Origin: Virgibacillus sp. YIM 98842
GTDB taxonomy: Bacteria; Bacillota; Bacilli; Bacillales; Amphibacillaceae
NCBI RefSeq assembly: GCF_010994035.1
Contig: NZ_WIXN01000021.1
Coordinates: 14,584-38,583 of the forward strand
DNA: 24,000 nucleotides
Direction: 5' to 3'
The stretch's first letter is position 1. Each line of letters begins with the position of its first letter. This document shows, one piece after another, positions 7,512-15,267 of this stretch. Below the pieces are notes generated by a model that saw only the letters and a program-made list of their open reading frames with translations, did no database searches and was not told where the DNA came from. The position numbers and the translations under genes were made by a program.

Positions 7512-7619
7512 ATGATACAGCAATACTTACAATGTGAGATTTTATTAAACAATCCACAGTTCTATGATATATTTAAAAACATACATACACTTCCAGACTT
7601 AACATCAGAATATATATAG
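7512..7619 (+). CDS. Hypothetical 35-codon small ORF upstream of the UvrA paralog
   Basis: AAAGGAGG (7497-7504) lies 7 nt before the ATG at 7512. The product is MIQQYLQCEILLNNPQFYDIFKNIHTLPDLTSEYI. I recognise no family, so support rests only on the strong RBS. Confidence 0.25.
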   Translation: MIQQYLQCEILLNNPQFYDIFKNIHTLPDLTSEYI

Positions 7620-7766
7620 ATGGCAGCAAATACGCTGCATGAATAACTTCGGAAAACATGTTTAATGTGACTGATTCTGATTAAATATAACCTTGTTTCG
7701 ATAGAGAAACCAGTACACTGAATCCCAGGGAGTTACAATTTGTTTTCTATTTAAAAGGATGATCAT

Positions 7767-10037
7767 ATGTCAGAATTCAAAGATGAAATCATACTGAGAG
7801 GACTTAAAGAAAATAACCTGAAAAATATAGACATCAACATTCCAAAAGAGAAAATCATTGTATTCACCGGGCTTTCCGGTTCAGGGAAGAGTTCCGTCGT
7901 GTTTGACACACTGGCTGCAGAAAGCAGAAGACAAATGGCACTGAACTATCCGCTCTATGTCAGAAACCAAATGCCCCGGTATGAAAGACCACGAGCCGAT
8001 CTCATGCAAAACCTGAGCCCGGTTGTTGTTGTGGAACAAAGACCGGCAGGCGGAAACCCCCGATCCACCGTAGGCACCTATATGGATATTCACCCGTTAA
8101 TCAGACTTTTATTCTCGCGGATAGGAACACCCTCCATCGGGGAGGCCACCGATTTTTCCAGCCACAGTGCGTTTGGAAAATGTCCGGAATGCAGCGGGTA
8201 CGGGGAAGTTATTACGCCTGATGAGAACAAGCTCATCGATTTTGATAAGTCACTTCGGGATTACGCAGTGAAATTTAAACCACTGTCGCCCGCAGGCTGG
8301 CAGGGCAGGTGGATGATGACCGGCGGCTTATTCGATCCGGATCTGCCGATTAAAAACTATCCGGAAGATAAGCTTAATCTGTTTCTGTACGGTCCCGATA
8401 GGGGGGAAAAAGTCTATGCCCCCTTTCATACGAAAAACGGACCGCAGGATCATGAATGGGATGGACTGTTGCCGAGATTTACCCGCCTTTATATCCTTAG
8501 GGATATTTCAAAGCTGAAAGAAGTCACCCAGAATGACGTCCTGGCCGTATCCAGACGTTCTCCTTGTCCCACCTGCCAGGGCTCAGGCCTGAATCCAAAG
8601 GTGCTGGCATGTAAAATAAATGGCCTGAATATTGCAGCATACGACCAAATAGAGCTCACGGCATTATTGGAGGAATTAAAAAAAATCAAGGATCCGATGG
8701 GGCGATCAATCGTCAGACAAGCCATTCCTCCAATTATGCAATTGATAGAAATGGGGCTGGGCTATTTAAGTCTGTCAAGGAAAATCAGTACTTTATCGGG
8801 CGGTGAAGCCCAAAGGGTAAAGATTGCCCGTCATCTGGGGAGCAGTCTGAACAATATCACCTATATTTTTGATGAACCAACGGCAGGACTCCACCCTGAA
8901 GAAGTGGATCTGTTAATACAGATGCTGAAAAGTCTCAAAGCCCGCTACAATACTGTTATTGTCATTGAACATGATCTGTCTGTCATTAAAGCTGCAGATG
9001 AGGTTATCGAGATGGGACCGGGAGCAGGTGTAAATGGAGGCGAAGTGGTCTATCAGGGAAATCTGGATGGGCTGGACATTTCAAACTCAGCCACCACGCT
9101 CAAGCCCAAGGTGCAAGTCAATAAAAACCCAAGGGAAATAAAAGCGTATTTTACAATAAAAAATGCTGTTAACCATAATTTAAAAAATATCAATGTACAA
9201 ATTCCAAAAAATGTCCTGGTCTCCGTTTGTGGTGTATCCGGGTCCGGCAAAAGTTCTCTTATGCTGGAAGCTTTCCCGGAACGCTATCCGGAAACCATCA
9301 GGGCAAGACAAGGGAGCATAGGGATCTCCAGCCGCTCGACCATCGTGACATATATGGGAATTATGGATGAGATTCGCACCATATTTTCCAAAGCGACCGG
9401 ACAACAACCAGGTTTGTTCAGCTTTAACTCCACCGGAGCATGTCCTGTTTGCAAAGGAAAAGGTGTGATCACCCCCGACGTTGCCTTTGCTGAACCGGTA
9501 ACCACCCAGTGCGAGGCCTGCGGCGGTTCAAGATATTCCAAGGAGGCGCTCTCTTATCGCTATCAGGGTAAAAATATTATGGAAGTATTGAATTTAACGA
9601 TTGAAGAAGCCAATCATTATTTTAAATCAGCAAAGATCATCAAGCGCGTGAATACATTGAAAGACGTTGGATTAGGTTACCTGACCCTGGGGCAGTCCAC
9701 AAGTTCCCTGAGCGGCGGGGAAGTCCAGCGTCTCAAGCTCGCAAGCCACTTAAAAAAGAAAGGACAAATCTACCTGCTTGATGAGCCGTCCCTGGGTCTG
9801 CATGCCAAAGATAACGAAGCACTTTTAGAGGTCTTTCAAAACCTGGTGCACAGGGGAAATTCCTTAATCATCATAGAACATAACCTGGATTTTATCGCAG
9901 CAAGCGACTGGGTCATTGAATTGGGTAAAGGGGGAGGAAAGCAGGGTGGACAAATTATCTTTGAAGGCAGACCGGAAGAAATGCTGCAGGCAGACACACC
10001 CACTGCCAAAAGTTTACGGAAACAAATTACTGAATGA
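7767..10037 (+). CDS. UvrA-like ABC ATPase paralog, short form of 756 aa
   Basis: Two ABC halves are present. Walker A motifs are GLSGSGKSS and GVSGSGKSS. Signature motifs are LSGGEAQR and LSGGEVQR. Walker B motifs are YIFDEPT and YLLDEPS. Zn modules are CPEC...CPTC in the N-half and CPVCKGKG-x-CEACGG in the C-half. It is ~200 aa shorter than canonical ~950-aa UvrA. Confidence 0.9.
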   Translation: MSEFKDEIILRGLKENNLKNIDINIPKEKIIVFTGLSGSGKSSVVFDTLAAESRRQMALNYPLYVRNQMPRYERPRADLMQNLSPVVVVEQRPAGGNPRSTVGTYMDIHPLIRLLFSRIGTPSIGEATDFSSHSAFGKCPECSGYGEVITPDENKLIDFDKSLRDYAVKFKPLSPAGWQGRWMMTGGLFDPDLPIKNYPEDKLNLFLYGPDRGEKVYAPFHTKNGPQDHEWDGLLPRFTRLYILRDISKLKEVTQNDVLAVSRRSPCPTCQGSGLNPKVLACKINGLNIAAYDQIELTALLEELKKIKDPMGRSIVRQAIPPIMQLIEMGLGYLSLSRKISTLSGGEAQRVKIARHLGSSLNNITYIFDEPTAGLHPEEVDLLIQMLKSLKARYNTVIVIEHDLSVIKAADEVIEMGPGAGVNGGEVVYQGNLDGLDISNSATTLKPKVQVNKNPREIKAYFTIKNAVNHNLKNINVQIPKNVLVSVCGVSGSGKSSLMLEAFPERYPETIRARQGSIGISSRSTIVTYMGIMDEIRTIFSKATGQQPGLFSFNSTGACPVCKGKGVITPDVAFAEPVTTQCEACGGSRYSKEALSYRYQGKNIMEVLNLTIEEANHYFKSAKIIKRVNTLKDVGLGYLTLGQSTSSLSGGEVQRLKLASHLKKKGQIYLLDEPSLGLHAKDNEALLEVFQNLVHRGNSLIIIEHNLDFIAASDWVIELGKGGGKQGGQIIFEGRPEEMLQADTPTAKSLRKQITE

Positions 10038-10680
10038 ATTACAGGGAAAGGAAAGGACTCCGATACAAACCGCCTGCCATTATTAACCTTAACCAAGAGA
10101 CTGGCTATAATGCTACACATCCAATGCGGATAATATAATTTATCCATATGTTTTGCCTTCCCTCCATCTTCATCAATTTATGGTGATGGCGAACGAGGGA
10201 AGGGGTGCTGCCTCTTTTGACATGACCAATACGCTCATGGAACTTCGAAAAGCTTCATTGACCTGACCGTCCCCACGTACATAGATACCTTATAACCTTA
10301 AAGATTTACGGCAGACATTGGAACGTATCAGGTTACATCACTTGATGGAAACCCCTCCGCGGAAAAGTACTGCTGTGTTGTTATCGTTCGATACATATCT
10401 TAACCGCATCATGATCACACCATATGTTTTCAAACCTTCCAAACATTTAATACAAAGACAGGAGAAACTGTAAAATAATGTAACATAATATTAACAACAT
10501 TTTAACGTTAATGTTATAGTAATTAATGGCATTAAATGGTAAGTTAAAGTTGGCCTTGTAAAAATATCCAAAACATAATTTTCCTAATATTCAATACTAA
10601 GGGAGGGATTTATTAGTTTCATCGTCTAATGAGGAATGACTATTTTATCCACACAGGGCCATATCTAAAGGAGGCTAACC

Positions 10681-12171
10681 TTGAAGAAAATATTGCAAAT
10701 ATTCACTGTGTTGTTATTGACCATTGGAATTTCATCGGTTGCTTCAGCCGGCAGCGATAACACTTCAAAGAATGACCAGACAAACAGCTATGAGGACCAG
10801 TTGATTATATCTGTTGAATTGGAAGATTCTATTGAAAAGTCACCTGCAGGCGTTATGGACAGCAATAACAACCTGGCAAATCAGGGTTTTCAAATTGTAG
10901 ACTCTCTTATGGATAATGATGCAAACGCATTACAAGCAGACGAAAATAAACAGTTGAGGGAAGAAATAGTGAAAAATATGGGTTGGGTTTACTTGGTTGA
11001 ATATAATACAGCCGAATACAACTCATTTGAAGAAGCAAAAGCTGCCTTGGACAAGGCGCTGGCAGATGAAGGATTAAAAGTGAGACATATTTCTCAAAAT
11101 GAAGAAGTACATGCAACAGATGCTGAGGTGATGAATGATACAGCAGCAGATCTTCACCCGTCCCAGGAATGGCATTATGAAATGGTTAATGCCCCGGAAG
11201 CTTGGGAAATAACAAATGGGTCCAGTGACGTGAGAATTGCAGTGCTGGACACAGGCATTGATGCAAACCATCAAAACCTCAGCAATTTTGTAAATACAAA
11301 TCTCGGCGCAAACTTTGTTGGTGGTAATTCTACCATGGATCGCCAGGGACATGGTACTCATGTAGCCGGAACAGTTGCCAGTTATGGTTCCGTTTCAGGT
11401 GTAATGCAGGAGGCAACACTCATCCCGGTAAAAGTATTGGGCGACGATGGGAGCGGTTCCATTTTTGGAATTATTGAGGGTGTGCTTCATGCTGTAAGTG
11501 TTGACGCGGATGTCATTAACATGTCTTTAGGCGGGGGCGGCTATAACCAGAGTTTTGATGATGCTGTTCAGACAGCAGTTAGTTCGGGCACAATTGTTGT
11601 CGCTGCGTCGGGGAATGAATATCGCAGCACCATCTCCTACCCGGCTGCATATGAGAGTGTCATCGCTGTGGGTTCTGTTACTTCCAATAAAACCAGATCG
11701 TCTTTCTCCAATTATGGGGATGGACTGGACTTAATGGCCCCTGGCTCTAATATTTACAGTACGGTTCCGAATAATGGGTATAGTACGCTTTCCGGAACTT
11801 CCATGGCATCTCCTCATGTAGCGGGTGTAGCCGGTTTGTTGCGGGCAGCAAACCCTGATGCAACTGCAACAGAAGTAAGGGAAGCCATGAACCAGACTGC
11901 GGAATCAGCAGGAAGCTCTTTTGAGTATGGCAACGGTATAGTCGATGCCTATGCCGCCATCCAGTATATTAACGACAATGATGGTGGAGATGGCGGTGAC
12001 GGTGGTGACGGCGGCGACGAACCGCAGGCACCGGAATGGCAGCCATACACTTACTATTCAGCCGGCGATGAAGTAACCTATAATGGTGAAGTATATGTTT
12101 GTACCCGTGCACATTTATCATTCCCGGGATGGACACCGCCGAATGACCCTTGGTACTGGAGCGTAAAATAA
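10681..12171 (+). CDS. Secreted subtilisin-family (S8) serine protease with an N-terminal propeptide, a (GGD)4 linker and a C-terminal CBM5/12-like carbohydrate-binding domain
   Basis: TTG start with AAAGGAGG 6 nt upstream. The Sec signal peptide ends in VASA-G. The catalytic contexts are VLDTGID (Asp), HGTHVAGT (His) and GTSMASPHVAG (Ser). The tail WQPYTYYSAGDEVTYNGEVYVCTRAHLSFPGWTPPNDPWYW fits the W..Y..GD.V.Y.G..Y....W.P....W pattern of ChtBD3/CBM5_12. Confidence 0.9.
   Translation: MKKILQIFTVLLLTIGISSVASAGSDNTSKNDQTNSYEDQLIISVELEDSIEKSPAGVMDSNNNLANQGFQIVDSLMDNDANALQADENKQLREEIVKNMGWVYLVEYNTAEYNSFEEAKAALDKALADEGLKVRHISQNEEVHATDAEVMNDTAADLHPSQEWHYEMVNAPEAWEITNGSSDVRIAVLDTGIDANHQNLSNFVNTNLGANFVGGNSTMDRQGHGTHVAGTVASYGSVSGVMQEATLIPVKVLGDDGSGSIFGIIEGVLHAVSVDADVINMSLGGGGYNQSFDDAVQTAVSSGTIVVAASGNEYRSTISYPAAYESVIAVGSVTSNKTRSSFSNYGDGLDLMAPGSNIYSTVPNNGYSTLSGTSMASPHVAGVAGLLRAANPDATATEVREAMNQTAESAGSSFEYGNGIVDAYAAIQYINDNDGGDGGDGGDGGDEPQAPEWQPYTYYSAGDEVTYNGEVYVCTRAHLSFPGWTPPNDPWYWSVK
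11983..12018 (+). repeat. Four tandem 9-nt units encoding (Gly-Gly-Asp)4, the linker within the protease gene
   Basis: ggtggagat ggcggtgac ggtggtgac ggcggcgac, read directly from the sequence. Confidence 0.9.
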
Positions 12172-12232
12172 AAGTGCTTGTGTCGCTTTCCTGATTTTGC
12201 AGCATTCAGGGGAATAATAACTTATAGCAAAA

Positions 12233-12263
12233 GGGATAAAGGCACCGTCTTTGTCCCTTTTTT
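12233..12263 (+). terminator. Rho-independent terminator of the protease gene
   Basis: gggataaag (12233-12241) pairs with ctttgtccc (12249-12257), with one G-U pair. The loop is 7 nt. A TTTTTT run follows. Confidence 0.8.
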
Positions 12264-12511
12264 CACAACTTACCCACACTCCATCGTTTTCTTTATTCTT
12301 CTGCAGCCATTTTCTTCTGTTGGATTGGGAGTTGTTTCATCCAGGTTTGCTGGCTCCTTTTGATCTATCATTTTAATTTATGTGATCGACATTCAGTTTT
12401 TCATAACTAAAAGATGAATTTTCACATATTTGTCATAATTACGTTGTCTATTCCAGTGACTTTTGTACTATAATATAATTGAAATAGTATGACAAAGGAA
12501 GTGAAAAAGTT

Positions 12512-12637
12512 ATGCTTGGACAAAATAGAAATATCGAAGAACTTATTGAACAGAATAAACAGGCTTTGCTTGAGGACAAAGAAGCATTGAATGAAATCGA
12601 ACGTAAGCTTGAAGAAAAACATACAAGGGAAATGTAA
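12512..12637 (+). CDS. FbpB-family small protein of 41 aa (Fur-regulated basic protein B-like); below the ORF-track length threshold
   Basis: MLGQNRNIEELIEQNKQALLEDKEALNEIERKLEEKHTREM matches my memory of FbpB-family peptides (..SFEELV.QNK.ELL.D.EA...IE..L..KH). AAAGGAAGTG lies upstream of the ATG. The ORF has its own terminator immediately downstream. Confidence 0.55.
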   Translation: MLGQNRNIEELIEQNKQALLEDKEALNEIERKLEEKHTREM

Positions 12638-12646
12638 GGTTCAGGG

Positions 12647-12687
12647 CTCAGCAGGACTTTGATTCTGCTGAGTTTTGTTATTTTTTT
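12647..12687 (+). terminator. Rho-independent terminator of the small FbpB-like gene
   Basis: ctcagcag (12647-12654) pairs with ctgctgag (12665-12672), followed by TTTTGTTATTTTTTT. Confidence 0.8.
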
Positions 12688-12780
12688 GATGAGAAAGTCA
12701 ATTCACTGTCTGCCTTCCAAAAATCTCCCCTATTGTGGGAGTACAGCAAAGAATGATTTCCAGTAAAACTAATGCAGCTT

Positions 12781-13125
12781 TCAATAATCACAACCGCCAT
12801 TTTTGCATTCTTCTTTTAGTTCGGGAAAACCTTCTTTTAGACCTGCACCCATAACTTTAAATACTTTTTCATCCATATCAATAGTGAAACCTGCTTTCCC
12901 ATTAACTTTGCCATTAACCCACATCCCCCCCATCGGACTTTTTTCGACTCCAATAAATTCAACGGTTTCAATATCTTGATAATTATTTTTTATATAACTT
13001 TCTGCAACTTCTTTGGCCTTTTCGATTGTCTCATCATCATAATCTTGACTATTCACAAAGCACCCTCCTAATAGAATAATGGAAACCAAAATTGCCAATA
13101 AAGGAATTCTTTTCATTTTTTTCAC
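12781..13125 (-). CDS. Small putative lipoprotein of unknown function
   Basis: MKKMKRIPLLAILVSIILLGGCF has a signal peptide and a lipobox. The mature part is ~90 aa and hydrophilic, with a C-terminal CKNGGC pair. A GGAG-containing RBS (gaggagtgaaaaaa) precedes the ATG. Confidence 0.65.
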   Translation of the reverse strand: MKKMKRIPLLAILVSIILLGGCFVNSQDYDDETIEKAKEVAESYIKNNYQDIETVEFIGVEKSPMGGMWVNGKVNGKAGFTIDMDEKVFKVMGAGLKEGFPELKEECKNGGCDY

Positions 13126-13562
13126 TCCTCTATAAAATATTCTACAGTAAAAGAGATTAAGTGACTATGGGAAAATCACAAATATTGAAGCATCTTTGCT
13201 CTTCCAAACCAAGTATATAAGAATGACATTCATACCTTTGAAGTTGACATAAAAAACGAGATAATAATATGTAACATTTTATATAATCAATTTTGGAAAG
13301 ACCCCAACTACACAACTAATTTAAAGAAATGGTAAAAATGCTTTCCCACAAGCTTTGTTGCCATTTCATCCTATACTTTCATCATTATCTTTTAAATAAG
13401 GGGAAACAACCATTACCTTCCGCTCAAAAAACATCTCTCCATTCCGCCTTTAAACTAACTATCTTTCCACAAAAATTGATTTGATGGCTTTATTGCTTAT
13501 TTATCGTTATGATATTAGTCGACAGGGAATTAAGGTTGATAACAACAAAGGAGTTTCGTTTT

Positions 13563-13916
13563 ATGGGATGGATATATGTTCTTGGCGCTGCCATTATCGA
13601 AGTTGTTTGGGTTCTTGGCTTAAAATACTCTCACAACTTTTGGATGTGGACCGGAACAATTGTCGCTATCATTTTAAGTTTCTATTTTATTATAAAGGCA
13701 TGTGAAGTTCTTCCATCCGGTTCTGTATATGCTACATTTACAGGTTCCGGAGCTGCAGCCATTGCTATTATTGATTTCACCCTATTGGGGGAAACTTTTA
13801 TACTGGAAAAAGGATTGTTTATTTTACTCATTATTATCGGTGTAGTTGGCATTCAGTTAACTACCGGGGAAAAAGATCAGGGAAAGGTACCAACTGCAGA
13901 GGAAGGTGAGAGCTAA
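13563..13916 (+). CDS. Paired small multidrug resistance (SMR) family subunit, YkkC-like
   Basis: MGWIYVLGAAIIEVVWVLGLKYS has the conserved TM1 Glu. Four TM segments are followed by a hydrophilic C-tail. It resembles B. subtilis YkkC (..EVVWVIGLKH..), from memory. AAAGGAG lies 9 nt before the ATG at 13563. Confidence 0.8.
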   Translation: MGWIYVLGAAIIEVVWVLGLKYSHNFWMWTGTIVAIILSFYFIIKACEVLPSGSVYATFTGSGAAAIAIIDFTLLGETFILEKGLFILLIIIGVVGIQLTTGEKDQGKVPTAEEGES

Positions 13917-13917
13917 A

Positions 13918-14232
13918 ATGGCGTGGTTTTATCTTATAATCGCCAGTTTTGGGGAAATTTTTGGCGTGGCGAGCATTAATATGTATTTAAAAAAGAAATC
14001 ATGGCGCTGGCTCATTACGCTGATCGCTTCTTTTGCATTCGGTTTCTATTTTCTGGCGCTGGCCATGGAAGACATCCCGCTGGGCACTGCTTATGCAGTT
14101 TGGACAGGTTTAGGAGCAACAGGAGCAGTCATTATGGGTGTAGTAGTTTTCAAGGAATCAATGAACGTGATTCGCGCCCTGTTCTTAACCTGTATTATTT
14201 GCGGAGCTGTTGGACTCCGAATCGTATCTTAG
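13918..14232 (+). CDS. Paired SMR family subunit, YkkD-like
   Basis: MAWFYLIIASFGEIFGVASINMY has the TM1 Glu, and ...PLGTAYAVWTGLGATGAV... is typical of SMR proteins. The start lies 1 nt after the stop of the first subunit, with GAGGAAGGTGAG upstream. Confidence 0.8.
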   Translation: MAWFYLIIASFGEIFGVASINMYLKKKSWRWLITLIASFAFGFYFLALAMEDIPLGTAYAVWTGLGATGAVIMGVVVFKESMNVIRALFLTCIICGAVGLRIVS

Positions 14233-14300
14233 CACCAAATATCCCTGGCCAGAAAAAAGCTGGCGGGGAATTTTTATGCCATATGGCGGGAAAGGGAATA

Positions 14301-14353
14301 ACTAGCCGGCTGCGAAGCATTTGTCCCGCTCAAATGCTTCGCAGCCGGCTAGT
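14301..14353. terminator. Perfect 23-bp-stem hairpin between convergent genes; probable bidirectional terminator
   Basis: actagccggctgcgaagcatttg (14301-14323) pairs with caaatgcttcgcagccggctagt (14331-14353) across a 7-nt loop. The flanking U-tracts are weak on both strands. Confidence 0.55.
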
Positions 14354-14393
14354 ACATTCAGTGACAAATTGCTTGTCTTATGTTCCGCCTTAA

Positions 14394-15170
14394 TCAGCGA
14401 ATATGGATGCTTCGGGTAATCTTTTTTAAAGTACCAATGACACTCACTGCAGCAAGATAACTTGTCTTCTTATTGGAAGGCAGCGGTTTATTCCTGATTG
14501 TAAAAGAGGCTGTGCCAAACTCACCGCTGACCTCAATGGAATGAATATTTTCATCGATATTTGGATCCGCTATCAATGTCACCCCTGTTTGTTTAAAGCC
14601 AATCCCTGCCAGTGCAAGTGCAATGGAGACATTTATATTCTTGGGATATTGTTTAATCGCTTCCGCAGCATCTCCTTTATATACCACCTCAGCTTCATCA
14701 ATGGACTTGTTCGTTAATGTATGGGCTGGTTTACTTGTAACCAGGGATACGCTATGAATGATCCCTACAGCAGCAACATTTTCAATGAGATCCAGCCCGC
14801 CAATCGCCCCTGAAGGCAAGTAAAGTTTGTGACCATTTACTTCGATAATCTTTTTTATTTCATTGAGAAACTTCTCTTCTGCCAAAGCACCAATGCTAAT
14901 AATTACAGCATCCTTTTGTCTCACAATTTTCGGCAGCATTTCTCTTACAGTCTGGACATTTGCCGCTTCAACAGCAATATCGATATCCGAATCTAAAAAT
15001 TCATCCAGTGATGTATACAGACGTATATCATATTGTTTTTCCAGATGCTGATATTTATCGAAATTGCGGACTAAAATACTTGTAACCCGAATATTTTTGT
15101 CTTTTTTTCGATTAAGCTCTTCAAGTAAGTATGTTCCAATTGCTCCAGCACCGATTAAGCCTACTTTCAT
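14394..15170 (-). CDS. L-aspartate dehydrogenase (NadX/DUF108) family oxidoreductase
   Basis: MKVGLIGAGAIGTYLL is a Rossmann N-terminus. The length of ~258 aa and the overall layout resemble the TM1643-type aspartate dehydrogenase domain. RBS is GGAGGATAAAAAATG. Confidence 0.7.
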   Translation of the reverse strand: MKVGLIGAGAIGTYLLEELNRKKDKNIRVTSILVRNFDKYQHLEKQYDIRLYTSLDEFLDSDIDIAVEAANVQTVREMLPKIVRQKDAVIISIGALAEEKFLNEIKKIIEVNGHKLYLPSGAIGGLDLIENVAAVGIIHSVSLVTSKPAHTLTNKSIDEAEVVYKGDAAEAIKQYPKNINVSIALALAGIGFKQTGVTLIADPNIDENIHSIEVSGEFGTASFTIRNKPLPSNKKTSYLAAVSVIGTLKKITRSIHIR

Positions 15171-15267
15171 TTTTTATCCTCCACTCTTCGTATACAGTAT
15201 TCACCAAGTACTCCTTCCCATTTCCCCGACCAGTGGTACATTACTATCGGGATATCAGCATCAACAA

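Noticed and set aside
7431-7619. The 62-aa version of the small ORF upstream of the uvrA-like gene
   Set aside because: The first 27 codons have no RBS and include the AAAGGAGG that serves the internal ATG at 7512. Only the 35-codon version is reported, at low confidence.
9836-10147. 103-aa minus-strand ORF at the 3' end of the uvrA-like gene
   Set aside because: Two thirds of it is antisense to a confidently assigned ABC domain. It has no RBS and no recognisable motif.
12360-12511. Looked for a Fur or PerR box upstream of the FbpB-like gene
   Set aside because: The nearest candidates (tgtcataattacg and tataatataattg) are poor matches to the 7-1-7 consensus and are not dyad-symmetric.
12422-12622. 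66-aa minus-strand ORF (MFFFKLTFDF...)
   Set aside because: It is antisense to the FbpB-like small gene, which has an RBS, a family resemblance and its own terminator. The Phe/Leu/Ile-rich product is typical of the reverse frame of a Lys/Glu-rich gene.
13126-13562. Searched for guanidine-I, -II and -III riboswitches upstream of the ykkCD-like pair
   Set aside because: None of the conserved sequence blocks is present by eye, so no riboswitch feature is reported. The absence itself is listed as a finding pending an Infernal scan.
14001-14393. 130-aa plus-strand ORF in an alternative frame of the second SMR gene, running through the 23-bp hairpin
   Set aside because: It overlaps the SMR frame, which has the conserved TM1 Glu and family motifs. 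The product is Arg/Ser/Cys-rich, and it reads through a terminator-like hairpin.
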